From the human T2T-CHM13v2.0 reference genome, Homo sapiens, in the NCBI RefSeq assembly GCF_009914755.1, contig NC_060927.1: 64,000 nt of DNA. The stretch is one strand, 5' to 3'. Below, in pieces: positions 1 through 15,443 of the stretch. The notes beneath the pieces are model-generated. The model saw nothing but the letters and a program-made list of their open reading frames with translations. It did not search any database and was not told the DNA's origin. The position numbers and the translations under genes were made by a program. The number at the start of each line of letters is the position of its first letter. The first letter of the stretch is position 1.

Positions 1-213
1 CCATCCAGTCTCTCTTCTTTAAAGGCCTTCAGCTGTGCATGGTGACTTTTTGAAGATAGTCACCATAATTCTCCTCAAGGAAAGATTTTAATCTCCAAAT
101 TCCCTCCCTGAGTTTTTCTATCCATAGTTCCCATTCTTGTAGAGACTTCTTCATCCTTTCAGATGTTATAGATATATGATAATTGACAATGTATTAATGA
201 TAGTATATTAATA

Positions 214-432
214 CAAGGGTCAGCAAACTATTGCATGGCCCAAATCCAGCCTGTACCTTTCTGTGAATAAAGTTTTCTTGGAGTCCAGCCACATCCATTT
301 GTTTAAGTATTGTCTATCACTGCTTTTGCTCTACAATGGCCATGTTAAATAGTTGGGACGGAGAACGTACAGCCCACAAAGTCTAAAATATTTATTATCT
401 AGCTCTTTATATAAAAAGTTTTCTGACCCATA
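214..432 (+). mobile_element. MER58A (hAT-Charlie non-autonomous DNA transposon)
   Basis: Begins caagggtcagcaaacta, contains aataaagttttcttgg...cagccac...tattgtctat, ends aaaaagttttctgaccc. Near-perfect 8-bp TSD tattaata (206-213) / ttttaata (433-440). Confidence 0.85.
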
Positions 433-440
433 TTTTAATA

Positions 441-3437
<2,997 letters not shown>

Positions 3438-3569
3438 TTTATTATTTGCATTGAGATATAGAGGTAATTCAGCAGGTAATTGATTTGAAAGGGTCCTGCT
3501 GCATAATAAGAGATGGCCGCTATATTCTACTTCACTTTTGCTTTACAAAGGTATTGTAGAAACAACTCA

Positions 3570-4590
3570 TTAAGTAAAAGTGGTGGTAATAATGTTGAGA
3601 TAAAGCTTATGAGACAGAGAATCCTGTAAGCACAGGCATTCAGTATTTTATCAAGATACCTGACAAATACATTATGCTCTACTTATGATCAAGATTGAGA
3701 AATGTTGACCAAATTGCAGTAAGGTCAGACAAATTTCACAACTAATTTTTTCTAAATAGTTAATATGAATCTGAATAGTCATCTAGGAATGTACTTCAGA
3801 TTCTGGCCTTATTCAACAATTTTATTAATGCCTATTATAAGGTCATTTGCTGCATGCTGATCAAACCTGTATATAAACAATTTGGGAGTAATAGATAATA
3901 TGTTAACTGAAAGAATAGCAATATCAACAGATTAAAACAAGAGACTAATTATACCCAGATGTTATTTAACAGGTATGTAATGAAAAGTTCTAATTGTGGT
4001 ATACAAAACCATTTACACAACTATAAAATACGGGTCTGATGCCTTAGTAGCCTGGTGGGAAACATTTAAGTTTAGTTGACAGTAAACTCAATATGATTTC
4101 CCTTTGTATAGTAATTGCTAAGAAAAGTTAATTACGTTATTATGTATTAATTGAAATATGTGTCCAGAAGGGAGGAAAAATAATCATACAATATCCAGTT
4201 AATATGTTGTGTTGTATTTAGTGTTCAACTTACAGAGAAACTTTCACAAATTGGAATTTGTCTAAAGCAGACCACCTAGAATAATGAGGGACTTGACATT
4301 AGGTTACAAGAATAAAAGCAATAAGAAAGGGACAATTTAAGCTGTTGTTTTCAAATTTGAAGGGAGGACTCAAAGTTTTAAACTTGCCTGTAGCGCTAAT
4401 CTTTGGATCAACATTAAATAAATAAACAAGTAGAGTTGACTCAAAAGATAATCAGCTTAGTTAGCTGTATACTCATTATCAGTGGGGCCATAAAAACAGA
4501 TGATGAAGGTAATTCAGGAATCAGAAGTTAAACTAAGTTTTTCCTAAGACACTTAGAAGATTCTCTAAGATTTATGATTCTTTAGGTTTT
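3570..4590 (+). mobile_element. Ancient L3/CR1 LINE 3' fragment
   Basis: Degenerate CR1 RT-end motifs in the expected order (ttattcaacaattttattaatg; tttgggagtaatagataatatg; ttagttgacagtaaactcaatatga). Boundaries approximate. Confidence 0.55.
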
Positions 4591-4729
4591 AGTTGCTATG
4601 TTGTTGATGATGTTTAAATGAAATGCCTCACTCCAAGTACCTTGCCATGGCATTCTCAATTTTTTTATCTGTTACCTACCCATATATCCACCTTTGTCTT
4701 CTACTATGCCAGTCTTGAGTCTTGTGCAC

Positions 4730-4791
4730 TTGGTGATATTTGACCATTTCTTACCTATAAGAACAGCAATTTCATATGGTTAAATCCAATA
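4730..4791. mobile_element. MADE2 (mariner-derived MITE), partial
   Basis: gatatttgaccatttcttacctataagaacagcaatttcatatggttaaatccaata resembles the MADE2 core plus one TIR. Confidence 0.6.
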
Positions 4792-4799
4792 ATCTAAAT

Positions 4800-5145
4800 T
4801 TTCTCCAAAGATGCCTTAAACTTTCCAGCCTCTAGGTATATATGATTCCATTTCTGTAATGTAACAGTCCAGAACACTCTCCACCTCCACTTATTCAAAT
4901 ACTACTTTGTGTTTAAAGTTCAGTTTGTCCACTCATCCATGAAGACTTCTTTAGTCATTTCAACGTCTGATTGTCCACCTCTGCACATCTTTAGGACTTC
5001 TCACCCAGGACAAATGATATTGCTTTATATGGTTATTTGCCTTCTGCTATTAAGCCCTGGCTCTCACAAGTGCCATACCCAGTGTTTATCGAGCTACAGT
5101 ATGACTTTCCAAACAGTAGAGGCTCAATATCTAGCTGCTGATGAT
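4800..5145 (+). mobile_element. L2 3' fragment
   Basis: Degenerate L2 3' region ending cagtagaggctcaatatctagctgctgat. Confidence 0.5.
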
Positions 5146-5713
5146 ACAGTTGCAAAGTTCAGAAGTGGCTAACCACTCTGCATCTGAATAGAACTGATGC
5201 TGAATGAAAGGCTATCATAATTTCTCACAGGGTCTCTGACCCATGATTCACTGTAAAATGTAATTAACATACAGTTCTCATACTTTGTAGTTAGCAGAGA
5301 CAAAACTGAACATTTGTAGGTACATTCATATTAGGAAGGCTTTGGGCAGTGCAGTTACCAGGGTTATTTGTGTAGAACTATGAATTAAAGAGTTTTGCAA
5401 AGGCAGATCTAACATTCTTTTCCGCACAATGAGGTAAATCTTCCATTTGTACATTCACTCCCATTTTCATCTCTTTCTCTCCTTGAAATTTGTTTTGCAA
5501 GAACATTTTAATGCATTTATCTCCTTCCTTCAGCTTGTGAAATTACTCATGCCTGGGATGCATAATCGAGAGGTGTCCTGTTACATCCATGGGATTTGAG
5601 GCTTTATGAATCATTCCAACATCAGAAGAATGTTTGTATAAGAAGAAATAGATTTATATGAAAAAATGTATAAAGAATTTTTAACAACCCTGGCTCTTGG
5701 TTTGGGCAGGCTT

Positions 5714-5970
5714 ACAAGGGAGAATTTCTATGTATGCAGGCAGCAAATACATAGTTGGCAACATTTAAATATTAAAATAGCTTCATGAAGGCAGGTGCTT
5801 TTTCACTGGGAATTTGCAGTGTGCATTTTCATCAATTTATCCTCCTCATTTTTACACATTGGAAAGGAATGACTTTAATCCTCAGATTAGCACATGGCAG
5901 TCCTTTAAAACTGGAATTACAATTTCTCCAAGCACACGGACATACCTGGTATGGAAAAAGGATAATTATC
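5714..5970 (+). repeat. Local dispersed duplication pair A, upstream copy (partner 9699-9957)
   Basis: Manual alignment to 9699-9957 gives about 19 substitutions plus one 2-bp indel in ~257 bp (~92% identity). I do not recognise it as a known TE. Confidence 0.95.
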
Positions 5971-6820
5971 TTTACAGAAAAGCTACTAGGATGATTTGCC
6001 TGAGGGTGGATATGAAATCCTCTGGACATATTTCAGAGAAACAGCAATTTTTAAAAACATGATAGTTAGCTACTCTCTACTTGAAATAATGAGGTTTGTT
6101 TTTATTAATGAGAAGTTCTGGAGTTCTGTTTTCATAATGGTCGAGACATTGTGTGTGTGTGCATGTGTGTGTGATCTCTAAAATTTTATTTATACTTATT
6201 AAAATTAGGTTTTAGGCTACCAAGAATTTTTGAGAACACTAGAGGCTCCTTGTCACAATAGGAATCATCGGAATTTCAGTAAATGTTATTTAGTCTAGGG
6301 AAGCCCTTTCAAATGAAATGGCTAACACTGGAAATAATGCTGGGCATAGGAAGAGTGTGGTTTGTGGTTAGAAAGCCTGCAACTTCTAGTTCTCCAAAAG
6401 ATCCTTTTTGCTGTATTCCTGTTCTCCTCATTTTTTGAAGTTTCCTAGCATATTTGATTTTCAGAAACTTTTCACAAAAATACCTGAAATTCTTTCACAT
6501 AAATGAAAATGAATCATTAAATGTAAAACAAAATATTTGAGCTGTAATGGAGACCTGGGTCCCATCAAATCCAACTCCTTTATAATTCTATAGAAATGAA
6601 GCACGCTCTACAGAAGTTAAGTGTACAACTGAATTATTGAAAAGCTGGACATGCAGACAGTGTGTTCATTCCTTTTCATCATTGCCCTTTTAAGTCTGTT
6701 TTATCAAATACTTCTTTCCTGCCCTGGGATAAAATCTTGGGCTTTTCCAACTACTCTCAGGTATTAATGAATAGTGTGAATGAATAATCTAATTTTCCAA
6801 GCATTGAAAAGTTTAATATC

Positions 6821-7181
6821 CGTATCAGTTAGCTCTGGGCACCATAACAAAATACCACAAACTAAATGGCTTAAAATTTATTTATCACAATTCTGGAGGC
6901 TGGGAATTCCAAGATCAGAGTGACAGCTGATTTGGTTCTTGATGGGGTATCTCTTCCTGACTTACAGACGGCCACCTTCTTGATGGTGGGGAAAGAGGAG
7001 AGATCTTTCTCTCTCTTCCCCTTCTTATAAGGCCACTTATCAGATTAGCACTCTCTCTCCTCCATGACCTCATTCAGCCTTTACTGCCTCCTAAAAGCCC
7101 TATCTCCAAATATAGTCACATTGGTGGTTAGGGCTTCAACATCAAAATCTGGGGGAAGGGGACACAATTCCAACAATAACA
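6821..7181 (-). mobile_element. MLT1A/MLT1A0 solo LTR (ERVL-MaLR)
   Basis: ccataacaaaataccacaaact...ctggaggctgggaattccaagatca...gccctatctccaaatatagtcacattgg...gttagggcttcaaca. Perfect 5-bp TSD atatc (6816-6820 / 7182-7186). Confidence 0.85.
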
Positions 7182-7699
7182 ATATCAAAGCTTCTGTCTC
7201 TCCTCTAATTCATAGCTGAGGCCTAACTAAGCCAGTTTTGGAAAGTGGTCACCTTTTTCCAGTTTTATGTTATTATTCATTCTAGCTTTTGTATTCCTCA
7301 ATGGTCACAAAGCTGCTTCTTTCTTATGTGATGTGGAAGAAAGATGGGGAAAGAAAGAAGGGGAATTGGTATCATGTAGTTCTCCTTTCTCTATTCGTGC
7401 ACTTGAGCAGATCTCAAAAAGTTTGTACTTTTAGGGTGTCCTTGGGAGCTTTTCAAACAAACCCATCATTATCCAGGGTCCTCTTCTGCTGAAGACCACA
7501 ATGCTACAGAGTGTCTCCTCTAGTTGACTGTGTATGACACCTTCCTCAGTCCCTGCTTCTGAGTTTCCTACAGAGACTTTCCTAGTTGTGTTGCCATGTT
7601 CCTCTAGTGACCTTCATAGTCAGGCTCCCCTTCCAGATAACTCAAATCCAGCTACCTTCTGGGAGCCATGCAAATGTCTACTTTAACTTGTCAGGAAGA

Positions 7700-7924
7700 A
7701 ATAACAATCAAAGCTAGCACTCACTATGTGCCAAACCCAGTGTCAAGCACTCACCATACTTCAACTCATTTCATTCTCACAACCCTCATTTGAATTATTT
7801 CTACAAAGCCACAGAAAAATTAGTTACGCAACCATGAACACTTAGTTAATAAGTGGTGGATGTGAAATATGGACTTAACCAGTAGAGACACAGAAACTAC
7901 ACTTTGAACCACTGCACCACACTG
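7700..7924 (-). mobile_element. MIR SINE
   Basis: gcactcactatgtgcca...aactcatttcattctcacaacc...taagtggtgga...aaccactgcaccacactg. Confidence 0.7.
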
Positions 7925-8527
7925 AGAGAATGACCAAGAGTGTTTCTTTTCCTCCAAATCTGTCTCATCACTCTGTCATCATAGGCAGCTCCAGCCTCAG
8001 TTTCTAGGTGTAAGTCAGGGACTCTTCCTCATTTTTTTCCAACTGAAGGAGCACAGACTAAGTCCTTCAAGGGTTTCATGGAAGTCTGCCTCATTCGATT
8101 TATCTGGAAAGCACCACCTGCTCTCCTCTATAATGAGAAGGAGAATAATCAAAACCATAATGTCTTTGGACAAGCTCACTGGATCCTTTTAATGAGCTCA
8201 TATGGTATTGTTTAGCTAAAGATGGAAGATCCAATTTTAAGGCCCCACTCAGATGGCCTAGAACATCCCACTAGAACATAGGGGTATTTCATACCTGGTG
8301 CTTTAATCTTTGAGGCCCCACTGAAATTTGCCAAGGGAGGGAGCATACCATTTTGACATTCTATTTAATGAATTGCTCACTATCACACAATTATCTAGTT
8401 GCTAAGCCAGAAGGAAAGTAGTCACATAGCTACTAACAAAGTTAACAAATCTCTAGGAAAACATGGATTTTCTCAGGAATCAAAGCTAAAGGATAAAATG
8501 GCAATGTATGTGGGTATATTTCTGGGA

Positions 8528-8552
8528 TGTGTGTGTGTGTGTGTGTGTGTGT
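8528..8552. repeat. (TG)n microsatellite
   Basis: Direct reading, about 12 units. Confidence 0.95.
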
Positions 8553-8559
8553 TTAATCC

Positions 8560-9010
8560 GCTATCCATTCTGTCTTCTAACAATAGCAACCATATTTTCT
8601 TCTAATGAAGTACTCCACTTATACCTCAGGCTATGTGATCCAGGCAAAATTTACTCAGCTCCCATAGTTCTAGAGGTAGGTATCTGAACTCATTGCAGCC
8701 AAATTTCATAGCCACAATAACCAGTTAAGGGATGTACAAGGGACCCAGTTTAGTACAATGAGAGTTTCCTTAGACTTATTCTGGAACTACTATAAAACAG
8801 ATGCCTTATTTCTTCTGGACTTGCTAAAACTGGTAGCCAATTTTTCTACCAATGGAGATGACCTACCTAGGTATGAAGCGCAAATATAGGAAAACAGCCT
8901 GAAAAGAAAGTGAAAGAATCATGATGGCATATCAGAAACTCTGGATCCAGTCATATCTGAAGCTAAATACCTAAAATCTTCAATTATGTGGAATTAATAC
9001 ATCCATTTAT
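8560..9010 (+). mobile_element. Old MaLR LTR (MLT1K/L-like)
   Basis: gacccagtttagtacaatgaga...ctggatccagtcatatctgaagcta...ttcaattatgtg. Approximate ends. Confidence 0.55.
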
Positions 9011-9149
9011 CAATCAACTTGAAAATAAAATATCACAATAGAATATTAATGGATGGTAAAGAGTTTTTACAGGGCCCATCATGGGGTGTGGACTGATCCT
9101 GTTGACACTCCTGAAATTATATTTCATATGTAGTTGATTTTCCTGCTTC

Positions 9150-9598
9150 TCTACCCCAGTCATCGTCAATGTCCTATCTGCATCACTTTGCAGTCACCTT
9201 TGTGCAGAGTCACGGGATTTTAAATTCAAACACCTGAGACTCTGCTTGAAGGCTTCTGGCCATGAAAGACCTTTCTGCTTATGCATTGATTAGGCCAGAA
9301 TTTCTGAGAAGTTTATGCATCCTTGAAGTAGACTTCAAAAAATGACCATAAAAAAATTGGTAGATAAATACCCTAGTTCCCTCACACCTTATTTGAGATG
9401 ACACACAGCCTACCAGAGGTCCCTAACAGAACTGAGCCACTATTTCCACAGAGATAGCCTGCTCAATTATACATTTAATTGGCTTTCTTCCCTTACTCTA
9501 ACTCATCACTTTCCACTTCCTTAGTGACTTCTTGAGATCACCTCCTAAGTAAACTATTTGCATTCAGAGTTTGCTTGTAGGGAAACTCAATCAAGACA
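9150..9598 (+). mobile_element. LTR16-family solo LTR (ERVL)
   Basis: ggtagataaataccctagttccctcac...ccagaggtccctaacagaactgagcc...gatcacctcctaagtaaactatttgca...gggaaactcaatcaagaca. Confidence 0.7.
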
Positions 9599-9698
9599 CC
9601 TTGCACTGGTTACGTGTCCTCTGACACACTTATAGGTGTAGTGGTGATGATTAGCACTGTCATTGTACATAAAATCTCTTGGACAAGGGAGTTTTTGG

Positions 9699-9957
9699 AC
9701 AAGGAAGAATTTCTATCTATGCAGGCAGCAAATACATACAGTTGGCAACATTTAAATATTAAAATAGCTTAATGCAATCAGGTGCTTTTTCACTGGGAAT
9801 TTACAGTGTACATTTTCATCAATTTTGCCTGCTCGTTTCTACACATTGGAAAGAAATGTCTTTAATCCTCAGATTAGCACATGGCAGACCTTTAAAACTG
9901 GAATTACAATTTCTCCAAGCATAGGGACATACCTGGTATGGAAAAGGGATAATTATC
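9699..9957 (+). repeat. Local dispersed duplication pair A, downstream copy (partner 5714-5970)
   Basis: ~92% identical direct copy. Its left junction has a duplicated ttggacaagg (ctcttggacaagggagtttttggacaaggaag). Confidence 0.95.
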
Positions 9958-10265
9958 ATTACCCCTGAGCTTTCAAAAACACTTCAACTACCACTTCACC
10001 CAGGATCTAGCTCACTGGCGCAAGTGAAAGGCAGCATTGTATCCTTTTTCAATTCTGAGGTTTTCAACCATTCAATGCATAGGAGAATCTTGTCCCAAGA
10101 CAACACATTGTCCCATTTCCCACAAACACACCAACTTTTCAGAAGCACCAAGATAGAGTGAGCTCTCCTATATAAAAGGATCACAGGGTTACCTTGAATT
10201 TCTGAACGGGAGAGGGCCCTTCCTTCTTATCTAAAGGAAGAGAAATGGTATAAGAATTGATTTTC

Positions 10266-10535
10266 ACACAGGAAGGGGAATATCACACTCTGGGGACTGT
10301 TGTGGGGTGGGGGGAGGGGGGAGGGATAGCATTGGGAGATATACTTAATGCTAGATGAAGAGTTAGTGGGTGCAGTGCACCAGCATGGCACATGTATACA
10401 TATGTAACTAACCTGCACAATGTGCACATGTACCCTAAAACTTAAAGTATAATAAAAAATAAAAATAAAAAAATAAATTGTTTTACTTTACATATGAAAA
10501 GGTTATAGAAGGAATAAAATATTTTAGCTTAAAAA
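10266..10535 (+). mobile_element. 5'-truncated L1PA2-like 3' end (~190 bp plus A tail) with putative 53-bp 3' transduction
   Basis: Young-L1 diagnostics aatatcacactctgggg, gctagatgaagagttagtgggtgcag (GAG, not the Ta ACA) and cacaatgtgcac. TSD core aattgattttc at 10255-10265 and 10536-10546. Confidence 0.9.
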
Positions 10536-10564
10536 AATTGATTTTCCATAAAACGTATTATGCA

Positions 10565-10659
10565 TTCTGGGACAATTTTCAATGTAAAATAATTACTCCA
10601 GGACAACTGGTGTGAACTGAGACTGTCACATGCAACCTGGGACATATAGAGTTACCCTA
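10565..10659. mobile_element. MER94-like hAT-Blackjack fragment
   Basis: ctgggaca...ccaggacaactggtgtgaactgagactgtc...ctgggacatatagagttacccta. Confidence 0.45.
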
Positions 10660-11752
10660 GGTAAGACCCAAGGTAAAAAGCAAAGCAGAACTCTCCTTAA
10701 GTGAAAAGATTTCACAAGTTTCCCCCAAATACCTCTGCTAAGAAGGACTTTAATACTTTCAAAGTGGGCTGCCCCTTTTTGTCAAATCTTATATCTTAAA
10801 ATTACTTTTCCATGAGCCAACATGCTGCCAATACAACCATCTATTTTCACTTTTCTCAAACAAAATTTATGCTCCCTGAGAGTATAACCACTTCACCCAC
10901 CTTCCAGGAACATTTACATTTTAAAAGGTAATTTTGTTAAATTATGGAATGTACTATTTAGAAGAAACAGAATAATGTGGTAAGTAATTTTTTTTTTACT
11001 TTTGAAGTATAAAAAAGGATATTTGGAAACAGGGAAACTTTCATATATTCTGCCAGAAAGAAAGTAAGCTTTTAGCACTAGATTTATTGTGTAGAGATTT
11101 TCAGTGGAGTGTCAAAATAGTTTCCCGCCTCATGTGGACTTCTTATTCCAAGCCCTACTATGTGAAGGGTGCACCCTGGAGATTACCAGGGAGAAGGCCC
11201 TACCTTGGCTCTTGTCTCCAAGATTCAGAAGGCAAGTATGGGTGGAGTATATCCACACAGTTTTTGCATTGGGATTTCAGTACCACCCTTCCCCAAACAT
11301 CAATTAATATTATTATAATATGGTCAGATTTCAAAGAGTCATGGAGTTCCTTTATTTACTCTTGATCAGAGTGCCAATACCTCTGCAGTTTTTCATAAAC
11401 TACATGCAGTAATTCTATCTTTGTATCCATCATATTGCCATAATATCTTCCAGGTGTTGCTTTTCTTTACACTTTATTGGACCAAAACAACAGAAACATG
11501 TTTGTATTAGCATACATACACATGTGAGCACATGAACACACATACTCTATGTCATTTAAGTGTAGGTTTTCAAAAAACTGTGCAGTTTACTTTGACTTTC
11601 AGCCATACACAATTGCTCAGGTAATGTTTTGAAAATTTCTAATGTGTTCTTTTGCATCTCTGAAAAGAATAACCTTTGCCTTGAGTACATAACATGTGTA
11701 TAGGGGAAATTATAAATTCTTAACTGAAGAAATTCAGAGAAAAAAACACACT

Positions 11753-12020
11753 GTATCACTTAGGAATTGACTCTGGCTGCTAGGAACAGAGAACAGACTA
11801 TAGTGACTAAAAATATGGGCATTTTATTCTTTCATTAATGGAAGTCCAGAAGTAGGCCCTCCAGGGTTGGTATGGTGGCCCCAGAAAGTCACTGAGGGCC
11901 TAGGCTCCTATTATTTTTGCTCCACCATCTTTAATACATGGCTTAAATTTTCAGTCAAAAAATGGCTCATAAAGTGTTACCATCACAGTGGCATTCCAAG
12001 AAGAAAAAAAAAGGTAGGGA
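11753..12020 (-). mobile_element. MLT1J-like MaLR LTR fragment
   Basis: tgtatcacttaggaattgactctggctgctaggaacagaga...gaagtccagaagtagg...ccagggttggtatggtggc. Confidence 0.6.
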
Positions 12021-13528
12021 CCTCTTTTGAGTTTAGTGTTCCTCTGATAGAAAGAGTGTGATATGACCAATCTCTCTTAAATCCTTGTCTAATATGGCTA
12101 TTTGCTAAACAATCCCTTTAGTTAACGCTCAGCCTTGCCTTGGGGAAAAATTGCTTAGTTTCTACTGTAATTTATCTCTCCCTTGTCTTCTACCTCTGAA
12201 GTGATATATAATATCTGGAGGAAGAAGTATGTGGCTTGGGAGACTTGGTGTCTTTAGCAAGAGAGTGCAATCACCTGGCTTCACAGTGGGCCTTCAATGA
12301 CATCCATGGGTCTGCAGTGTCCAGTCTTTGACTTCCTACTACCTAAGTGTCTTGCTGGCCTCCAGGACAAAAGTTTGTAATTTTTTGCTACAGTGAAGCA
12401 TGCTATTTCTTTACCTGCTTGATTCAGTTTTCTTATTGATTCAGTTTCCTCTTGATTCAGCTTTTCCTGTATATAGACCCATCTACTATTTCTACCTCCT
12501 AAAACAGCCTCCTAAATGGCAACCCACCCATCTCCTTTGCTCTCAACACAATGTCCACAGCACATAGGAAATGAAAGAGCCTCTGGGATGACCCTACAAA
12601 TTCTGTATGCATGACCATGCCACTGTGCCCTCATAATTGCACTAAGGCTCCCCTGCATTGGGCTAGGATACCCTACACAGCAATTTCTTCCTTAGGTACC
12701 CACAAAGGAAACAGAACAAGAGTGTACTGACTTGGTATTGTTATCATTTATCAAACATGTTGCTTCTCTGGATCAAAGCTGGAAAAGAGAAGTCTAGATA
12801 TAGCACCAGATCTCTTGGAAATATTAACAAGACAAATATTAATTTGTCTTCCTAAATACATGAACTCATCAGCTTTGCACTAATAGACCTAAACTATCCA
12901 TCTGCTGGAGGAAGACTAAAATGTATTACAAAAAGAAACCATTTATTGCGGTGGGAATGAAAAGAGATATTTCACTGCTGTTATGCAAATAAGATAATGC
13001 AGTAAGAAAAGTGTCTTGCAAGCCACTACATTATCTTGAAAAATGATCCAATAAACTTTTTTAAAAATCTGTTTTTCTTACCGTTTTGTATTTCAATAAC
13101 CAAGCCTGGAAGATCAGTATCAGAGTTTTCTCCAGTGCAGAGAAAATGTCCTTGTCTCCATAAGGTTTGAGAGGAGATCAGAGTTATAAAAGAGTTTGGA
13201 ACAGAGGGAGAAATTCCCAGAAGATGGCACAAAGAAGGGGAGATAGGAAGATAGAAGAGGAGAGAAAAAATATGTTGATTAACAGGAGAGCAAGACTATC
13301 AGAAACGTTTCCAAATCTTGAGCCTTTGGTTATCCATACCAATCTGTGATCTTGTCAGGTGGAAGAAAGTCTTAAGATTTACCTTTCCTAGTCACCTTTG
13401 GTTTCCATACAACTTAAACAGGTTGTATAGAAAACTTCTCTTAAAGTGGTTGAGAATCGGGTGTGGACTTTGGCAGATGGGATGGTTTTGGCAGGGACAA
13501 GGTGGCTTTATGGAAAGCGCAGCAGAGT

Positions 13529-13547
13529 AGACCACCAGATGGAGCCC
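13529..13547 (+). promoter_or_regulatory. Candidate CTCF core motif
   Basis: agaCCACCAGATGGAGCcc closely matches the CTCF core CCASYAGRKGGCRS with one mismatch. Motif only; occupancy unknown. Confidence 0.45.
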
Positions 13548-13800
13548 AAGTGAGCTTTACAACTTGACATCGAGGGGCCTATAGCAGCATCAGGAAATGA
13601 ACTGGGTTATCCATTTCTTTATCCATCCACTAGACTCTTACCAAGCTGTCAGAGAGACTAGAGTGTGCACCACTCCACCACAGCCACAAATCCATACAAA
13701 GTGCCGAATGAACAAGTAGTGACAAGGCAGAAAGAAGACACTGCTCTGTAGATACATTTAGGAAGAAAAGCTGATCAAACTAAGCTTTCTCTTTTTCCAG

Positions 13801-13898
13801 AGAAACGGTATTAATGACATAGAGAAATCATATGAATTATCCAATTGAGCTAAGTTTTAAATTCGGCTTGGTATTTAGTAGTCTCTTCCCAACTCCTG
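13801..13898 (+). other. Candidate 98-nt non-coding exon
   Basis: Strong acceptor ctaagctttctctttttccag| and donor CTG|gtgagt. Stops in all three frames. No transcript evidence available. Confidence 0.3.
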
Positions 13899-15304
13899 GT
13901 GAGTATTGGTTGTCTTCGCCTCTCTGAGTTACAGTAAAGTTTTTGACTCCTGTTATATTAGGATTCCCTCTCCTCAATTAGACTCAAAATCCCATCCTAT
14001 CACCTGCTTCCCGCATTGCAATGTCCTGGAAAAATAAATTAAAAGGACATTTTTACAGTAAACCTACTTTGCTTCCTAATTTTTGAAATAATCAGATCTG
14101 CTTCCAAATCCTCATTAGCTGTATTGATGAGCTGAACCAAACAATGAGGAAACATTCACAGCTATACCTGAACTTTCAGCATGGGCCCCACTAGGAGAAA
14201 TCTTTTTGCTTCTATGTCCTTACAGCCTCTTGTTCTTTTGCTCTATTCGTACCTTCTAAGTGGTGGGTTATATAATCTTTTAAAATACACATGTAGAACA
14301 ATCCAACCTCTATGTTAGAGGAAAGTAAAATGATGTCCTCACAAAGGTCTAGTTATATCCTCTTCATTCTTCCTACTAAATACTGAATCTATTTAGACCC
14401 CTGAGTTCTTCTAATGGAGTGAGGGTATTATTGTATACACCAGATAGGAGTGGCCTCACTCTACTCCCCTCCTCCTTCCACCTTTTTTTCAACACATAAC
14501 CAAGAGCCCTTCCTGCAGATTTTGTTTGTTAGGGCAGGTTGGTAATATGTTGACCACCTAATAACATTGGCAAGAAAATTGCATAAAAGTTGAGTCCTGC
14601 ATATGATTTTACTTTATAGTCATGAAAGACTTTCCATGAAGTCAATTCTCACTGCCCCTGCCTCTTTTCCATGCTTTTTAAATGGGATATGAGTACTCAC
14701 ATATGTGGGAGTGGGTCAGCAATTTTAAGAAATAGCCGAGTAACATTTTCCCAAAGAATCAATTATACTTAAAGACTTGGATAAAAACCATTCTCAAAAT
14801 CCTATGAACTTATGCCTAAGCAAGAGTTTTAAAGAAAGTTCATCTTTGAAACACAAGACTTTGAGCTATAGTCCCAAACCATCCCATACCCTCCCCATCC
14901 CTCAAGACACATGCTGTCTCCATCCACTGCCAAACTTCCTCATTTCATACAGATAAGAAGCTTTGGATTTTTTTTTTTGCATAAGTCCATGTAAAATTCA
15001 AGAGTTATCATATTTAAGAGTGAAATTGCCCTAAGGAAACTTTCTACTATTATAGTTTAGTAGTGAAGTAAGGAAAGTAGGGAAGTAAGGAAAGTCCGAA
15101 TTTGGGGCAGTGTATGACTGTATATTTAAGATAATCTGGCATACAGGTTCTTGACACAAATTCTCAAAGGCAATCAGAGTTTTTGACTATTTAGATATGA
15201 ATTATCAATATTAAATAAGCTAAGAAATACCAATTGGGTTTTGAAAGAAGTAAAATTGGGAGATTATATTCATATAAATTATGCTATTATTTGGCCCTGA
15301 TTTT

Positions 15305-15443
15305 GTGTGTGTGCGTGGTGTGAGTGCATACATGTGTGTGAGTGCATGCACATGTGCTTGTGTGCATGTATGCATGCCTGGGTGTGTGCGTGTACACATG
15401 TGTGCATGTGCGTGTGTGTGCATGTATGTGTGTGCGTGTGTGT
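15305..15443. repeat. Degenerate (TG)n/(CATG) alternating purine-pyrimidine repeat
   Basis: Direct reading. Explains the ORFs at 15220-15532. Confidence 0.9.

Noticed and set aside
12829-12850. Short palindromes (aagacaaat-atta-atttgtctt here; 18-mers near 24725 and 27779)
   Set aside because: 9-bp AT-rich arms are expected by chance, and the other two lie inside TEs.
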